Shown: positions 14,524-32,525, counted from the stretch's first letter. The stretch is DNA of 64,000 bases from Eledone cirrhosa (GCA_964016885.1 OZ024763.1:11222001-11286000), one strand, 5' to 3'. Numbers and translations are program-made. Notes: generated by a model not told the origin, from the letters alone.

Positions 14524-14934
14524 ATATACACATGGGAATTAGAAAATGGTGGCGACTGAAAATTTTGAAAATAGAATTAGAAGTTTTCACCATATATTGG
14601 TTACAGAAAATAGCCTAACATTAAGGTATACTTCCCGAAGTGGAAAAAATAGGTATTGACACACCTGGGAATTCTGTTACGATTATGAGGGTTCATGTGC
14701 CTTAATATTGGACTATATCCTGTCAATATATGGTGAAAGGTTCTAATTCTATTGTGAAGGATGAGTCCCCTCGATTGGAATCGCCCTTTCAGCTAATCTC
14801 CCTCTCAATCCTACAGAGTAACGCTTTCTTTATTCTGTCTGCTGGCTTCATTAGACAGTATACACTTGGTATCCTGCTTGAGGTAGAACGGACAAAATGG
14901 AGGGAGGTTACAGACTTTTATAGACTGGTTCATG

Positions 14935-16820
14935 CAGTTACCTTTGGTCGCTAGATATATATATACAGTTACCTTTGGTCGCTAGATATATACATAGAGT
15001 TACCTTTGGTCGCTAGATATATATATACAGTTACCTTTGGTCGCTAGATATATACATACAGTTACCTTTGGTCACTAGATATATACATACAGTTACCTTT
15101 GGTCACTAGATATATATATACAGTTACCTTTGGTCGCTAGATATATACATACAGTTACCTTTGGTCGCTAGATATATATATACAGTTACCTTTGGTCGCT
15201 AGATATATATATACAGTTACCTTTGGTCGCTAGATATATATATACAGTTACCTTTGGTCGCTAGATATATATATATATACAGTTACCTTTGGTCGCTAGA
15301 TATATACATACAGTTACCTTTGGTCGCTAGATATATATATACAGTTACCTTTGGTCGCTAGATATATATATACAGTTACCTTTGGTCGCTAGATATATAT
15401 ATACAGTTACCTTTGGTCGCTAGATATATATATACAGTTACCTTTGGTCGCTAGATATATATATACAGTTACCTTTGGTCGCTAGATATATACATACAGT
15501 TACCTTTGGTCACTAGATATATACATACAGTTACCTTTGGTCACTAGATATATACATACAGTTACCTTTGGTCACTAGATATATATATACAGTTACCTTT
15601 GGTCACTAGATATATATATACAGTTACCTTTGGTCGCTACATATATATATACAGTTACCTTTGGTCGCTAGATATATATATACAGTTACCTTTGGTCGCT
15701 ACATATATATATACAGTTACCTTTGGTCGCTAGATATATACATACAGTTACCTTTGGTCACTAGATATATACATACAGTTACCCTTTGGTCACTAGATAT
15801 ATACATACAGTTACCTTTGGTCACTAGATATATATATACAGTTACCTTTGGTCACTAGATATATATATACAGTTACCTTTGGTCGCTACATATATATATA
15901 CAGTTACCTTTGGTCGCTAGATATATATATACAGTTACCTTTGGTCGCTACATATATATATATACAGTTACCTTTGGTCGCTAGATATATACATACAGTT
16001 ACCTTTGGTCACTAGATATATATATACAGGTTACCTTTGGTCGCTAGATATATACATACAGTTACCTTTGGTCGCTACATATATATATATATACAGTTAC
16101 CTTTGGTCGCTAGATATATACATAGAGTTACCTTTGGTCGCTAGATATATATATACAGTTACCTTTGGTCACTAGATATATATATATATACAGTTACCTT
16201 TGGTCACTAGATATATATATATACAGTTACCTTTGGTCACTACATATATATATATACAGTTACCTTTGGTCACTACATATATATATATATACAGTTACCT
16301 TTGGTCACTACATATATACATACAGTTACCTTTGGTCACTACATATATATATACAGTTACCTTTGGTCGCTAGATATATATATACAGTTACCTTTGGTCG
16401 CTAGATATATACATACAGTTACCTTTGGTCGCTAGATATATACATACAGTTACCTTTGGTCGCTAGATATATATATATATACAGTTACCTTTGGTCACTA
16501 GATATATATATATATACAGTTAGATATATATATACAGTTACCTTTGGTCGCTAGATATATACATACAGTTACCTTTGGTCACTAGATATATATATACAGT
16601 TACCTTTGGTCGCTAGATATATACATACAGTTACCTTTGGTCGCTAGATATATATATACAGTTACCTTTGGTCGCTAGATATATACATACAGTTACCTTT
16701 GGTCACTAGATATATATATACATACAGTTACCTTTGGTCGCTAGATATATATATACAGTTACCTTTGGTCACTAGATATATATATACATACAGTTACCTT
16801 TGGTCGCTAGATATATATAT
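14935..16820. repeat. ~31-bp minisatellite (~60 copies) with a variable (TA)n spacer, interrupting a CRE-like remnant
   Basis: Unit cagttacctttggtc(g/a)ctaga(ta)n; flanks translate as DWFMQ (14923-14937) and VSLTILRGNAFTIFTA (16838-16885). Confidence 0.95.
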
Positions 16821-16899
16821 TTATACATACATATGATGTGTCACTGACCATTCTCCGTGGCAATGCCTTCACTATTTTCACCGCAGACTGGAGTGTAGT

Positions 16900-16936
16900 C
16901 CTCTCTCTCTCTTTCTTTCTCTCTCTCTCTTTCTTC

Positions 16937-16984
<48 letters not shown>

Positions 16985-17385
16985 TCCTCTCCTCTTTATC
17001 TCTCTCACTCTCTTCCTATATCTCTCTCTTTATCTCACTCTCTCTTTCTTCCTCTCTCTCTCTTTCTCCCCATCTCTCTCTTTCTTCCCCCCTCTCTCTC
17101 TCTTTCTCCCCCTCTCTCTCTCTTTCTCTTTCTCTCTTTCTTTCTTCCCATCTCTCTCTTTCTCTCTCACTCTTCCTCTCTCTCTTCTCCTCTCTCTTTA
17201 TCTCTCTCTTCCTCTCTGTTTCTTCCTCTCACTCTCTCTCTCTCTCTTTATCTCTCTCTATCTCTCTCCCCCTCTCCCCTCTCTCTCTTTATCTCACACT
17301 CTATCTCTCTTGCTCTCTCTATCTCCCCCTCTCTCTCTATCTCTCCCCCTCGCTCTCTCTCCGCCTCTCTCTCAACCTCTCCCTT
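16900..17385. repeat. (CT)n-rich pyrimidine tract
   Basis: Direct reading. Confidence 0.95.
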
Positions 17386-17463
17386 TATTTCGTTGTTTAT
17401 TTCTCTTTTGTTTTTGTTTCATTTAAATATTGTTTTTTAATTGTAAATATTATTTTATTATTA

Positions 17464-18070
17464 TGGCGGTTGATTGGAAGAATCGGTAGAACATCGGACA
17501 CCATGCTTCGTGGCATAGAGTTACGGCCCCTTAAGTTCTGAGTTCAAATCCCGCCGAGGATAGCTTTGTTTTTAATCCTTGCAGGGTCGATAAAAGAAAG
17601 TAGCAGTAATACACTGGGGTCGATTTAATCGACTTACCTTCCCCTCAAATTGTTGGCCTTGAGTCTAAATCAGAATTCATTATTGTTAGAAGGTCGGACG
17701 CCATGCTTTGCAGCATAGAGTTACACCCCTTTACGGTCTGAGTTCAAATGTTGACGAGGTTAACTTTTCCTTCCATCTTGACGGCGTCGATAAAATAAAG
17801 TACCAGTAATACACTGGGTATAATTGATGGACTTGTGCCAAAAGTAGAAACAATTATTGTACAGTATCGGTAGAGCGTCAGACGCCATGCTTTGCAGCAT
17901 AGAGTTACGGCCCTTTACATTCTGAGTTCAAATCCCGCCGAGGTTAACTTTGCCTTTCATTTTTACGGGGTTGATAAAATAAAGTGCCAGTAATACACTG
18001 GTGCCGAATTAATCGACTTTTCCCTCCCCTCAAATTGTTGGCCTTGTGTCTAACTCAGAAACTATTATTG
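17464..18070 (+). mobile_element. Three head-to-tail Meta-core SINE copies
   Basis: Three B-box plus core units starting near 17464, 17686 and 17861. Confidence 0.85.
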
Positions 18071-18306
18071 TATACAACGAGAATGAAAAAACGGAACTAT
18101 AGACAACATCTTAGCCTGAATGTGACGTTGTCAGTCAATTAAAATGCAAAGCAATTTTGCACCAGTTGCCATTTAACTTGACATATTTCATTCTTCATTT
18201 CTGCCCCAATTCCACTCCAAATAAAAGAAGCTATTAATTCCCTCTCTATGTCAGTTCTGTGTCGCCTGAATCATTATCTACTTCCATTGAATTCTCCTCT
18301 GCTAAT

Positions 18307-22651
<4,345 letters not shown>

Positions 22652-22867
22652 AAATATAAGTATGGATACGTACATACATATATGTATACAGACGTACAGT
22701 AGTATGTATATATATATACATACATACATGCACACATATATATATGTACGTATGGATTCACCGAATATTTATTATAATGCTCGGTGTGTTTGTAAACAAA
22801 CATCCCGAATTAAGCCGTACAGTGTCTAGCAACCATTGTTGCTCATTTGTTCAACACTGACAAAGAA

Positions 22868-22910
22868 ACGCTGTACTAGTTTCAAGCTTATTAGCTATCG
22901 TCAGCAACGT
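22868..22910 (-). ncRNA. Minimal type-I hammerhead ribozyme
   Basis: Reverse complement of the + strand copy at 22954. Confidence 0.85.
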
Positions 22911-22953
22911 ATACCTTCCTGCCAGATGTTATACGTTGCTGGCAGGAAGGTAT

Positions 22954-22996
22954 ACGTTGCTGACGATAGCTAATAAGCTTGAAACTAGTACAGCGT
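22954..22996 (+). ncRNA. Minimal type-I hammerhead ribozyme
   Basis: acgttg-CTGACGA-tAGC taataa GCTt-GAAA-CTAG-TA-cagcgt. Confidence 0.87.
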
Positions 22997-23472
22997 TTCT
23001 TTGTCAGTGTTGAACAAATGAGCAACGATGGTTGCTAGACACTGTACGGCTTAATTCGGGATGTTTGTTTACAAACACACAGAGTATTATAATAAATATT
23101 CGGTGAATCCATACGTACATATATATATATGTGTGCATGTATGTATATATATATACATACTACTGTACGTCTGTATACATATATGTATGTACGTATACAT
23201 ACTTATATTTAAGTAACAGCCGTACTAAGAGTGAGAAATGAAATTTCGTTTCATTTTTTCCGTTTATATATATATATATATAATATTAAAGATACTATTT
23301 ATAGTTATGTATATACTATACTATAAACAACTATAATCAGGGAAGGTCAGTAATTTATTACTACCTTATTACCAGTAAGAGAAATAGCTCAATGTAAGAA
23401 CATCAATATATATGTATCTGTATGATTCTTCAGTTGAATAGGAGGTTACTTATATGTACAAACATTGATAAT

Positions 23473-23517
23473 GCTCCGAGGATTCCAAGCTTAAGTTTGG
23501 AAGAAACAATTGTCAGC
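23473..23517 (+). ncRNA. Hammerhead ribozyme with a CCGANGA core variant
   Basis: gct-CCGAGGA-TTCCAAGC ttaa GTTTGGAA-GAAA-CAATTG-TC-agc. Confidence 0.72.
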
Positions 23518-23713
23518 GATTAAATGTGTAATCTATATTACTGCTCTGTAAAACAACTGATGTTCTTACATTGAACTATTTCTCTTACTGGTAATAAATT
23601 ACTGACCTTCCCTCTTTATAGTTGTTTATAGTATAGTATATACATAACTATAAATAGTATCTATAATATTAACTGCTCCATACTGTTGAGCTAACATACA
23701 TTAAATTACCAGT

Positions 23714-24435
23714 ATGCTGATCAAAGACTACCTTCCTATGTCTACTAAGAACATACCAATACCATCTAAAGATACATATGAAAAATTATTGATCAATAGT
23801 GTCAACTCCTTTATCAATAGAGTGAGATGGAGGACATTCCATTATGATAAAAACAGATCTAACAAAACCGATGATACTAACAAATTTGACTTCTTCGGCT
23901 TTAAAACTTTTAAAAGCCCTCCTCACAATACATTATTAAACTCTTTTGAAAATGACCCAATAAAACTAGTTAAGAACATTAAATGCAAAAAGCTTCTTAA
24001 ACAAACTTAACTCCACTATTAAAGGATTCAATACAAATAATAAAATTATAGTACATGCAGATAAAACTAATAATATATATAACCTAGATTGTGATACATA
24101 TAGAAAATTTATATATAAAGAACTACATAGGAGCTATAGGAAAACTACTATTAAAAACCTAGAAGATATTAATTTGGAAGGCCGTAGTATAGTGTGTAAA
24201 TTTGGATTTCAGAGACATACACAGCCATACACTCCTAACACCCAAGATTTTCTCTGAAGGACCATAAGGAAGATTTCATTAGTAACACTTCGATAAGACT
24301 AATCTGCCCTTCCAAATCTGACATTGGTATTATCAGTAAGAAAGTTTTAGATAAAATCATCCCACAGATTAAGTACAAAATATATCTTAACCAGTGGGGA
24401 AATACAGGTGAAGTTATTGAATGGTTTAAGGACAT
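23714..24435 (+). pseudogene. Penelope-like (Naiad) reverse transcriptase N-terminal region, frameshifted
   Basis: STKNIPIPS, FINRVRWR, ADKTNNIY, LKDHKEDF, RLICPSKSDIGIISK, LNQWGNTGEVIEWFK. Confidence 0.85.
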
Positions 24436-24828
24436 GACATTAATAGTAAATAAATAGCCGAACTTGTCAAGGGGTACTTCCTTATATGGGAAGATTGTAG
24501 TTGTTGAGAGGATTGGTCAAAATTTGTTGTAAACACAAATAAGTCTATCATGGCATTTGGTGGGAGGTAGGGGTGGCTGAACTTGCCTGTAGAACAAAGA
24601 GGGAGTGAGTGGAGCCAGTCAAGCGTTGAAAGTGAAATCTATACAGCAGATTCTAAGGATAGTGTATGAAAAGTCGAAAAATTGTTCTGGAGAATTGTGC
24701 GTATATATATATATATATATACAGAGGTATCCACAGTAAGTTGTGGGGTCTATTCTGCATGAAGAACCCGATGTAATCCATATTTGTAAGGGTATGTCAA
24801 TATTTATTTATAAAACCGATATATATTG

Positions 24829-24893
24829 TGTTTTGTCTGATGAAAGCATACCATAATTTAACATGGTGTCCTTGAAATATGTATAATAAAATA
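24829..24893 (+). ncRNA. Minimal type-I hammerhead ribozyme
   Basis: ttttgt-CTGATGA-AAGcaTACCAT aatttaac ATGGTGtcCTT-GAAA-TATGTA-TA-ataaaa. Confidence 0.75.
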
Positions 24894-24930
24894 GATATGG
24901 TTTTATAAATATAGTTTCCGTTTGTTAATA

Positions 24931-25048
<118 letters not shown>

Positions 25049-25049
25049 G

Positions 25050-25185
25050 AGAAGGCGTATGGCTTAGTGGTTAGAGCATTGGACTTGCAATCGAAAGGTT
25101 GTGAGTTCAATTCTCGGACCGAGTGATGTGTTGTTTCCTTGAGCAAGACACTTTATTTCACGTTGCTCCCGTTTACTCAGCCAGT
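25050..25185 (+). mobile_element. tRNA-derived SINE head (second family)
   Basis: tggcttagtggttagagca A-box, gagttcaattc B-box, then gtgttgtttccttgagcaagacactttatttcacgttgctcc. Confidence 0.8.
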
Positions 25186-25261
25186 GGGATGGCGTTATCT
25201 TATCACTAAAACAGCGGCGCCGATTGGCGCTCGACAGACTGGTCGGTCAAGATGATCAAGG

Positions 25262-25310
<49 letters not shown>

Positions 25311-25396
25311 GAAAAATTGAACAGGGACAGAACAGAGAGGCAGTACGATAAATGTTTATTAAATTCACGCTCAGGAGAGTGGGGGGTAGGTGGGGG

Positions 25397-25428
25397 ACGA
25401 CGTTTCGGGCATAAGCCCTTCTTCAGGT
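25397..25428 (-). ncRNA. Minimal hammerhead ribozyme in a Penelope-type 3' end
   Basis: Minus strand: ac-CTGAAGA-aGGGC ttat GCCC-GAAA-CG-TC-gt; aataaa and (TA)n lie downstream. Confidence 0.75.
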
Positions 25429-25743
25429 GAGAGTTCAAAAGGTGTGTAGGGGAGTGGTGGAGAGACATATAGCGAAAGGAAACGGTGCGAATGAAAAATT
25501 GACAAATAAAGACAAAAATATAATAAATAATAAATAAAAATAACGCATGATCAAAATACAAGGAATGAGAAAATTTAAAAATAAAGGCATGATCAAAATA
25601 AACTGAAATTAAAAGGGGGGTAAACAGGTGATATAAGATACAGAGCTTTGCGTTGTTATTTGAAAATCATTCCGATCTGGTTTTTTTTTTTATAACTCCA
25701 GCTACTAGGCTAATTTACTTAGTCAAAAATACGGCGGAAGCTC

Positions 25744-25814
<71 letters not shown>

Positions 25815-25965
25815 TTGTTTTGCAAGATTTATTATCTGAAAACGTGTGTTGAAACAGAAATGTTATATTTATAGGCTGTATGACCCTCCCAAAGTATAAC
25901 AATATATATATGTATATATATTACTTCAAAATATTAATAAATATAGACATTCGTGTGATCAAATA

Positions 25966-26031
25966 TATTTTATTATACATATTTCAGAGATACTGAGCTA
26001 TTTCATCAGTACGTCCTCATCAGATAAAATA
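25966..26031 (-). ncRNA. Minimal type-I hammerhead ribozyme (family A)
   Basis: tattttat-CTGATGA-ggacGTACTGA tgaaatagc TCAGTATctct-GAAA-TATGTA-TA-ataaaata. Confidence 0.82.
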
Positions 26032-26812
26032 AATTGATGTCTGACATACCTCAACTGTGCTGATGGTTCAATTCCAGTCTTGGCAGTGATTAGTTATGAC
26101 AAAACTCAATATTTATATACCATAAGTTGTAATATGACAAATTACATATAATAGAGAGGGTACGTAGGAGAAGGTGTAGAAAAAATATATAATAATAAAT
26201 ATAATAAGTATATATAAAGGCAAATAAAAAATATAAACATATAACTACATAACTGTTAAAAATTTAAATAATAAAATAAAAAAATATGTATACCTCCGTA
26301 TTATGGAAGGAGCAAATGAGAGAGGGAGAGGGTTAACTAGAGGAGGGAGAGAGAATGAAAGAGAGATGATAGTAAAAACAAAGAAAGGGAGATATGTGTG
26401 GTAACATATAATTATATAAGAAGGAGAATCAAGGTATATGATGCGTGACCGTTTTTTTTTTCAAATATTAAGTCAATTAGAAATAATCTATTAATTAAAT
26501 AACTTGAAATTTTTAGATTATAATATTTGAAAGAACCTTTATTATTGTATTATATCAAAATTAAAACAAATATATAGTGAAAAAGATAATTTAACATAAT
26601 TCCAAGAGTAATCAAGAGTATATTTAAATTATTAAATATAGTCAATAATTTAGTTAGAAAGATCAAAATTAAAAATGTTACTAACTAACCATAAAGCTTA
26701 TAAATGTAGTAAATATGATATTATTAAACCAGATTTATTTAGATATAAGCATTTGTATAGTTCTTATATAAACTATAAGATTTAAATCGATATTTGTCAA
26801 TTATATATAATA

Positions 26813-26873
<61 letters not shown>

Positions 26874-27524
26874 AATAAAGTAAGGAGTGCGGGACTGCGT
26901 CCAGAATATAATTTTTTATCCCGTTTGTAAAATAAGTTGGATTACTTTGAATAAATAATGAATAAATATTACATAATTTATCTACTAAATTTCGTTACTC
27001 TTGACTTGATTAAATATAAATAAGTGTGTTGCTTATTTTAAGATTCATTCTTTAAAATTTTCAAATGTCAACACTTCCGGTTAGCGATCGCTTAAATAAA
27101 CATTCATATATTTCCGTCACTAATTTTCTCCTAATGCAGTTTATATATAATATCGTCTTTTTTTAATATATCATGGATTACTTTACTGATTACATAAGAC
27201 AGTGTAACGACACAGTCTTCGCTCAATTTCTGTGTATATTGTCAATTACGATGTTATTTGATGTATCATATCTACATGTATATATACTTGCGTATAATAT
27301 CAATATACACACTACACATGCTAGCAGAAAACCACCTGAAGCGTGGATTTTCTGCTAGTATATATAATACAAGGACGATTTGTTAAGCCTTCATTAAGTT
27401 TATTGATTGGTCACGCGCGTTTCGCTATTGATCTGCTCAAGGTTCGATCTGTATCGATCTGGCCCGACTCTGGAATCAAAAGCTCGTCGGACCTCCGCTG
27501 GATATATATATATATATATATATA

Positions 27525-27922
27525 TAACCAAAGATTAATACGGTTCATTGATTATTCAATGAATATAGTTTTACAATAGATTAAAAGCACTCTACAAAGA
27601 AGTTTTCTGGAGTTATTAATATTATTCAGAATATTAATAAATGAAGACATTCACATAATCAAAATATATGTTTTATTATATACATTTCGAAGGTACTGTG
27701 CTGGTTTTTCAGTACGTCCTCGTCAGATAAAATACATGAATTGATGTATGACATACCTCAACAGTCTTGATGGTTCAATTCCAGTATTGGCAGTATTGGA
27801 ATTGAACCATCAAGACTGTTGAGGTATGTCATACATCAATTCATGTATTTTAGTACCTTCGAAATGTATATAATAAAACATATATTTTGATGATGTGAAT
27901 GTCTTCATTTATTAATATTCTG

Positions 27923-27930
<8 letters not shown>
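27525..27930. mobile_element. Family A PLE fold-back unit in (TA)n
   Basis: Inversion centred near 27790; the + arm has lost the CTGA core. Confidence 0.8.
27669..27734 (-). ncRNA. Minimal type-I hammerhead ribozyme (family A)
   Basis: tattttat-CTGACGA-ggacGTACTG...CAGTACcttc-GAAA-TGTATA-TA-ataaaaca. Confidence 0.8.
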
Positions 27931-27956
<26 letters not shown>

Positions 27957-27959
<3 letters not shown>

Positions 27960-28172
27960 AACAAGTATGACCCCGACGGCAGAGTTCAAGCCGTTTCGAC
28001 GGCTAATTCTGGAGTCCAGAATTAGCCGTTTCAACGGCTAATTCTGGAGTCCAGAATTAGCCGTCGAAACGGCTTGAGCTCTGCCGTCGGGGTCATACTT
28101 GTTCCTATTACCCACTCTACTACCCTAAGTATTGAGTACTTTGGTGCGTTATGGTCCACCTGGTACCTTCGT
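27957..28172. mobile_element. Family C short fold-back element in (TA)n; other copies at 30147-30309, 33138-33330, 52887-53030, 53904-54102 and 54116-54212
   Basis: Shared ccgtcgaaacggcttgagctctgccgtcggggtc...tattgagtac...cttcgtta(ta)n with an inverted partial copy. Confidence 0.8.
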
Positions 28173-28218
28173 TATATATATATATATATATACACACACA
28201 CATATATGTATATATGTT

Positions 28219-28253
<35 letters not shown>

Positions 28254-28639
28254 GTATATATATATGTGTGTGTGTACATATTGTCTGTAGAAATGTATGT
28301 ATGTCTGTTGCTTCTTAGTTTCTTGTTACGGCCATGTCGTTTGTCTGGAGAAATGGCATTTCATTAAATTTGCGTTGTTGTTGTTGGTGGTGGTGTTGTT
28401 GCTGTTTCGTGGTGGTGGTGGTGGGGCTGCTACTGCTACTGCTGCTACTGCTACTGCTCCTGCTGTTGCTTCTACTGCTGCTGCTACTACTGCTGCTTTG
28501 CTAGCCACCCGTTTTTTCGATTGAATGTCGTCTGCTCTCTTTGAAATAGCCGTCTGCTTGCAATGAATCATCGCTCTGCTTACATTGAAGTCTCGCCTGC
28601 CTACATTGAAGTCTCGCCTCCATCTTCATGTTTGTCTTA

Positions 28640-28688
<49 letters not shown>

Positions 28689-28850
28689 TTTGCTGTGCTT
28701 TCAATAGTGTTTCACACCCAACACCCTGAAAATATGTTTATGATATCTTTATGTATTAACAGTTTCTATAATATGTAAACCTGAACAAAGGAAGGTCTTC
28801 ATTGAATGATTGATTATTGATCCTAGCTATTACTGTCATTATTAATACTA

Positions 28851-29685
28851 AGGGCAGTGGGTTGGCAGTATCGGTAGAGGGTCGGACGCCATGCTTTCCA
28901 GCATAGTTACGTCTCTTTACCATCTGAGTTCAAATCCCGCCGAGGTTAACTTTGCCTTTCATCCTTACGGGGTCGATAAAATAAAGTACCAGTAATGCAC
29001 TAGGTTATTGCTGGCCTTGTTCCTAACGTAGAAACGATTATTAATACTGTTATCGTTGTTGTTGAAGGTGATGGATTGGCAGGATTAGTAAAGTATTGGA
29101 CAAAATTCTTTTGTGGTTATTTGTTCCAGCTCTTTACATTCTGAGTTGAAATCCCATCAAAGTCAACTTTGCCTTTCATCCTTATGGGGTTGATAAAATA
29201 TACTACTAGTCAAGCACTATATCTGATTTCCCCTCACCACAAAGTTAATGGTTTTGTGCCTAAATTGGAAGTCATTAATGTGGATTGCCAGTATCAGTGG
29301 AGGGTCGGACGCCATGCTTTCCAGCATAGTTACGTCTCTTTACCATCTAAGTTCAAATCCCGCCGAGGTTGACTTTGCCTTTCATCCTTACGGGGTCGAT
29401 AAAATAAAGTACCAGTAATGCCAAAAGTAGAAACAATTAATATTATTATTAATATTATTATTATTATTATCATCCTTATGTATGTTCTAATTTGGGCAGT
29501 GGACTGACGGACAAAATGCTTAGCAGCCTTTAGTCATGACTGTATGCTCTGAGGTTAACTTTGTTTTTCGTCCTTTTGGTGTCGATAAAATAAAGTACCA
29601 GTTAAATACTGGGGATGATATACTCGACCCCCCCCCCCCCTCCCCCAATTGCTGGCCTTGTGCTTATGTTAAAAACAATTATTAT
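28851..29685 (+). mobile_element. Cluster of four Meta-core SINE copies
   Basis: Four core motifs near 28950, 29170, 29375 and 29560. Confidence 0.82.
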
Positions 29686-29914
29686 AAGTAAGAATATTTT
29701 CGAGACAGCGAGTGGGTTTGAAATTATTAGAAATGTAAGCTATCGCCGTATTTTGACTAAAGAAATTAAAGAAATTCTTTAGCCTGATAGCGGGGCTAAG
29801 AACCCTCGGAGAAATAGAAACAGATGACTAAATAATTTCTTTAATTTCTTTAGACAAATATTATAACTATTATCATTATTGTTGTTGTTGTTGTTATCAT
29901 TATGGTCATTATTG

Positions 29915-29999
29915 GACAACGCCTGGCAAATTGGTTAAGAGGTTTACTTTGCATTCATTAGGTCTCGGGTTTGATCCCACTGCATGACATCTTGGGCAA
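29915..29999 (+). mobile_element. Degenerate tRNA-derived SINE head
   Basis: tggcaaattggttaagagg...cgggtttgatcccactgcatgacatcttgggcaa. Confidence 0.5.
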
Positions 30000-30052
<53 letters not shown>

Positions 30053-30057
30053 CACAC

Positions 30058-30088
<31 letters not shown>

Positions 30089-30308
30089 CACTCATAAATA
30101 TATGTATACATATATGTATATATATATGTATATATATATATATATATAGGAACGAGTAGGACCCCGACGGCTGAGCTCAAGCCGTTTCGACGGCTAATTC
30201 TGGACTAAACTAGTCCAGAATTAGCCACTATTACCCACTCTACTACCCTAAGTATTGAGTACTTTGGTGCGTTATGGTCCACCTGGTTCCTTACCACATT
30301 TCCTTCGT

Positions 30309-30346
<38 letters not shown>

Positions 30347-30360
30347 CATATATGTATATA

Positions 30361-30406
<46 letters not shown>

Positions 30407-30432
30407 TACATATATATATACACTCATACATA

Positions 30433-30466
<34 letters not shown>

Positions 30467-30482
30467 CACACTCATACATATA

Positions 30483-30514
<32 letters not shown>

Positions 30515-30635
30515 CACACTCATACATATATGTATATATATATACATATATATATATACACACTCATACATATATGTATATATATACATATATATATACA
30601 CACACATACATATATGTATATATATATATATATAT

Positions 30636-31068
30636 AGTATTAGTTATACTATTTATGGTTATGTAAATACAAAACCTTAAGCAGTTGTAAGTATTTTACA
30701 CACACCCTAAATAGTGGTAGGCAGTAATGTATTACTACCTTATTACCAGTAAGTTAAGTAGCACTATATAACCACTTATCTTCATGTTGTACTTTAACCT
30801 ATATCTTTGATTTTTTATTGTACCTATTAATATAAATGTAATCTCGAAGTGTGTACTGCCACTCTAAATTCTGTAATGAATGTTGACCCACAATGTTTGA
30901 ATATGTATCAATGTTTGAATATGTATTGGTATGTCTCTCGGCTGAAAAGGAGGTCATATAACTGTCCATGCATTAATAAATTGCTCCGAAGAATCCAAAC
31001 CTCGGTTTGGAGGAAACAGCTGTAAGCACAATAATGTTTTGAACGGTTCTTTGATTCTTATATTTCAT

Positions 31069-31075
<7 letters not shown>
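30636..31075. mobile_element. Naiad pLTR-derived unit related to 23243-23560
   Basis: Shares atactatttat(a/g)gttatgta, attactacc(t)tattaccagtaag and the CCGANGA HHR; bounded by (TA)n. Confidence 0.7.
30982..31028 (+). ncRNA. Hammerhead ribozyme with a CCGANGA core variant
   Basis: tgct-CCGAAGA-aTCCAAAC ctcg GTTTGGAg-GAAA-CAGCTG-TA-agca. Confidence 0.72.
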
Positions 31076-31120
<45 letters not shown>

Positions 31121-31132
31121 CACACTCATACA

Positions 31133-31231
<99 letters not shown>

Positions 31232-31358
31232 GTGAGGTTTTTTAACAAAATGAAAAATAACCGAAGTGTCCTACACGAGTGAAAGTATAAAGAAAAAAAG
31301 ATGAAATCGAAAATGCAACTGGAGTCTTATTTTTAAAATATACACACCCACACACACC

Positions 31359-31389
<31 letters not shown>

Positions 31390-31663
31390 GTATATATATG
31401 TATATATATATGTATATGTATATGTATATGTATATATATATGTATATACATATATATATGTATATATATATATATGTATATGTATATATATATATGTATA
31501 TGTATATATATATATGTATATACATATATGTATATATATATGTATATGTATATGTATATATATATATGTATATACATATATGTATATACATATATATATA
31601 TATGTATATATATATATATGTATATATAATATAAGATCAAAAGATGGTTAAAGGAGTTCAATA

Positions 31664-31732
31664 TATTTTATTATGCGCATTTCAAAAACAAACATCATCA
31701 CAATAATATTTGTGTTTTCATCAGATAAAACA
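31664..31732 (-). ncRNA. Minimal type-I hammerhead ribozyme
   Basis: Reverse complement of the 31858 copy, with a 2-nt indel in loop II. Confidence 0.83.
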
Positions 31733-31857
31733 GGAGAACATGATATGAAGGCTAAAAAAACACTTGTTGATAGTGCAGTTTTAAATCAACATATCATATG
31801 TTGATTTAAAACTGCACTATCAACAAGTGTTTTTTTAGCCTTCATATCATGTTCTCC

Positions 31858-31928
31858 TGTTTTATCTGATGAAAACACAAATATTATTGTTTGATGATGT
31901 TTGTTTTTGAAATGCGCATAATAAAATA
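31858..31928 (+). ncRNA. Minimal type-I hammerhead ribozyme
   Basis: tgttttat-CTGATGA-AAAcACAAATAT...ATGTTTGTtTTT-GAAA-TGCGCA-TA-ataaaata. Confidence 0.85.
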
Positions 31929-32057
31929 TATTGAACTCCTTTAACCATCTTTTGATCTTATATTATGCATACTCCAGTCCCACAAACTGTAGAGTGCTTC
32001 TTATCCGATATCTGCATTGCTTTATTGTACTACAATAAAACTCACCTCCTACATATG

Positions 32058-32164
<107 letters not shown>

Positions 32165-32189
32165 GTATATATATATATGTATATATATG

Positions 32190-32264
<75 letters not shown>

Positions 32265-32408
32265 GTATATATATATATGTATATATATATATGTATATAT
32301 ATATCTGTATATATATATATGTATATATATACATATATGTATATATATATATATATGTATATATCTATATCTATATGTATATATATATATATATGTATAT
32401 ATATATAC

Positions 32409-32455
<47 letters not shown>

Positions 32456-32478
32456 CATATATGTATATATATATATAC

Positions 32479-32525
<47 letters not shown>

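Larger units (their letters stand above)
22652..23263. mobile_element. PLE-derived fold-back element: ~275-bp inverted arms, each with an HHR, plus a tail, inserted in (TA)n
   Basis: 22652-22925 is the reverse complement of 22939-23210 with few mismatches. Confidence 0.85.
23243..24435 (+). mobile_element. Naiad-type Penelope-like element, 5' part (inverted pLTR piece, HHR, RT N-terminus), 3'-truncated
   Basis: Inverted arms 23243-23404 and 23558-23670 around an HHR, followed by the ORF. Confidence 0.82.
31626..32050. mobile_element. PLE-derived fold-back element: ~170-bp inverted arms with HHRs plus a tail, in (TA)n
   Basis: 31626-31796 is the reverse complement of 31798-31965. Confidence 0.85.

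Noticed and set aside
14935-16820. CRISPR-like array (constant box plus variable spacer); also considered for the 38-, 58- and 60-bp arrays
   Set aside because: Spacers are only (TA)n length variants or absent; no unique spacers, no cas genes, eukaryotic context
25055-25125. Functional tRNA gene
   Set aside because: No acceptor stem; continues into a SINE body
29755-29855. Small IR enclosing CTGATAG...GAAA-CAGATG; similar decayed motifs at ~1105 and 57100-57220
   Set aside because: Core positions are mutated; probably dead HHR remnants, so not counted
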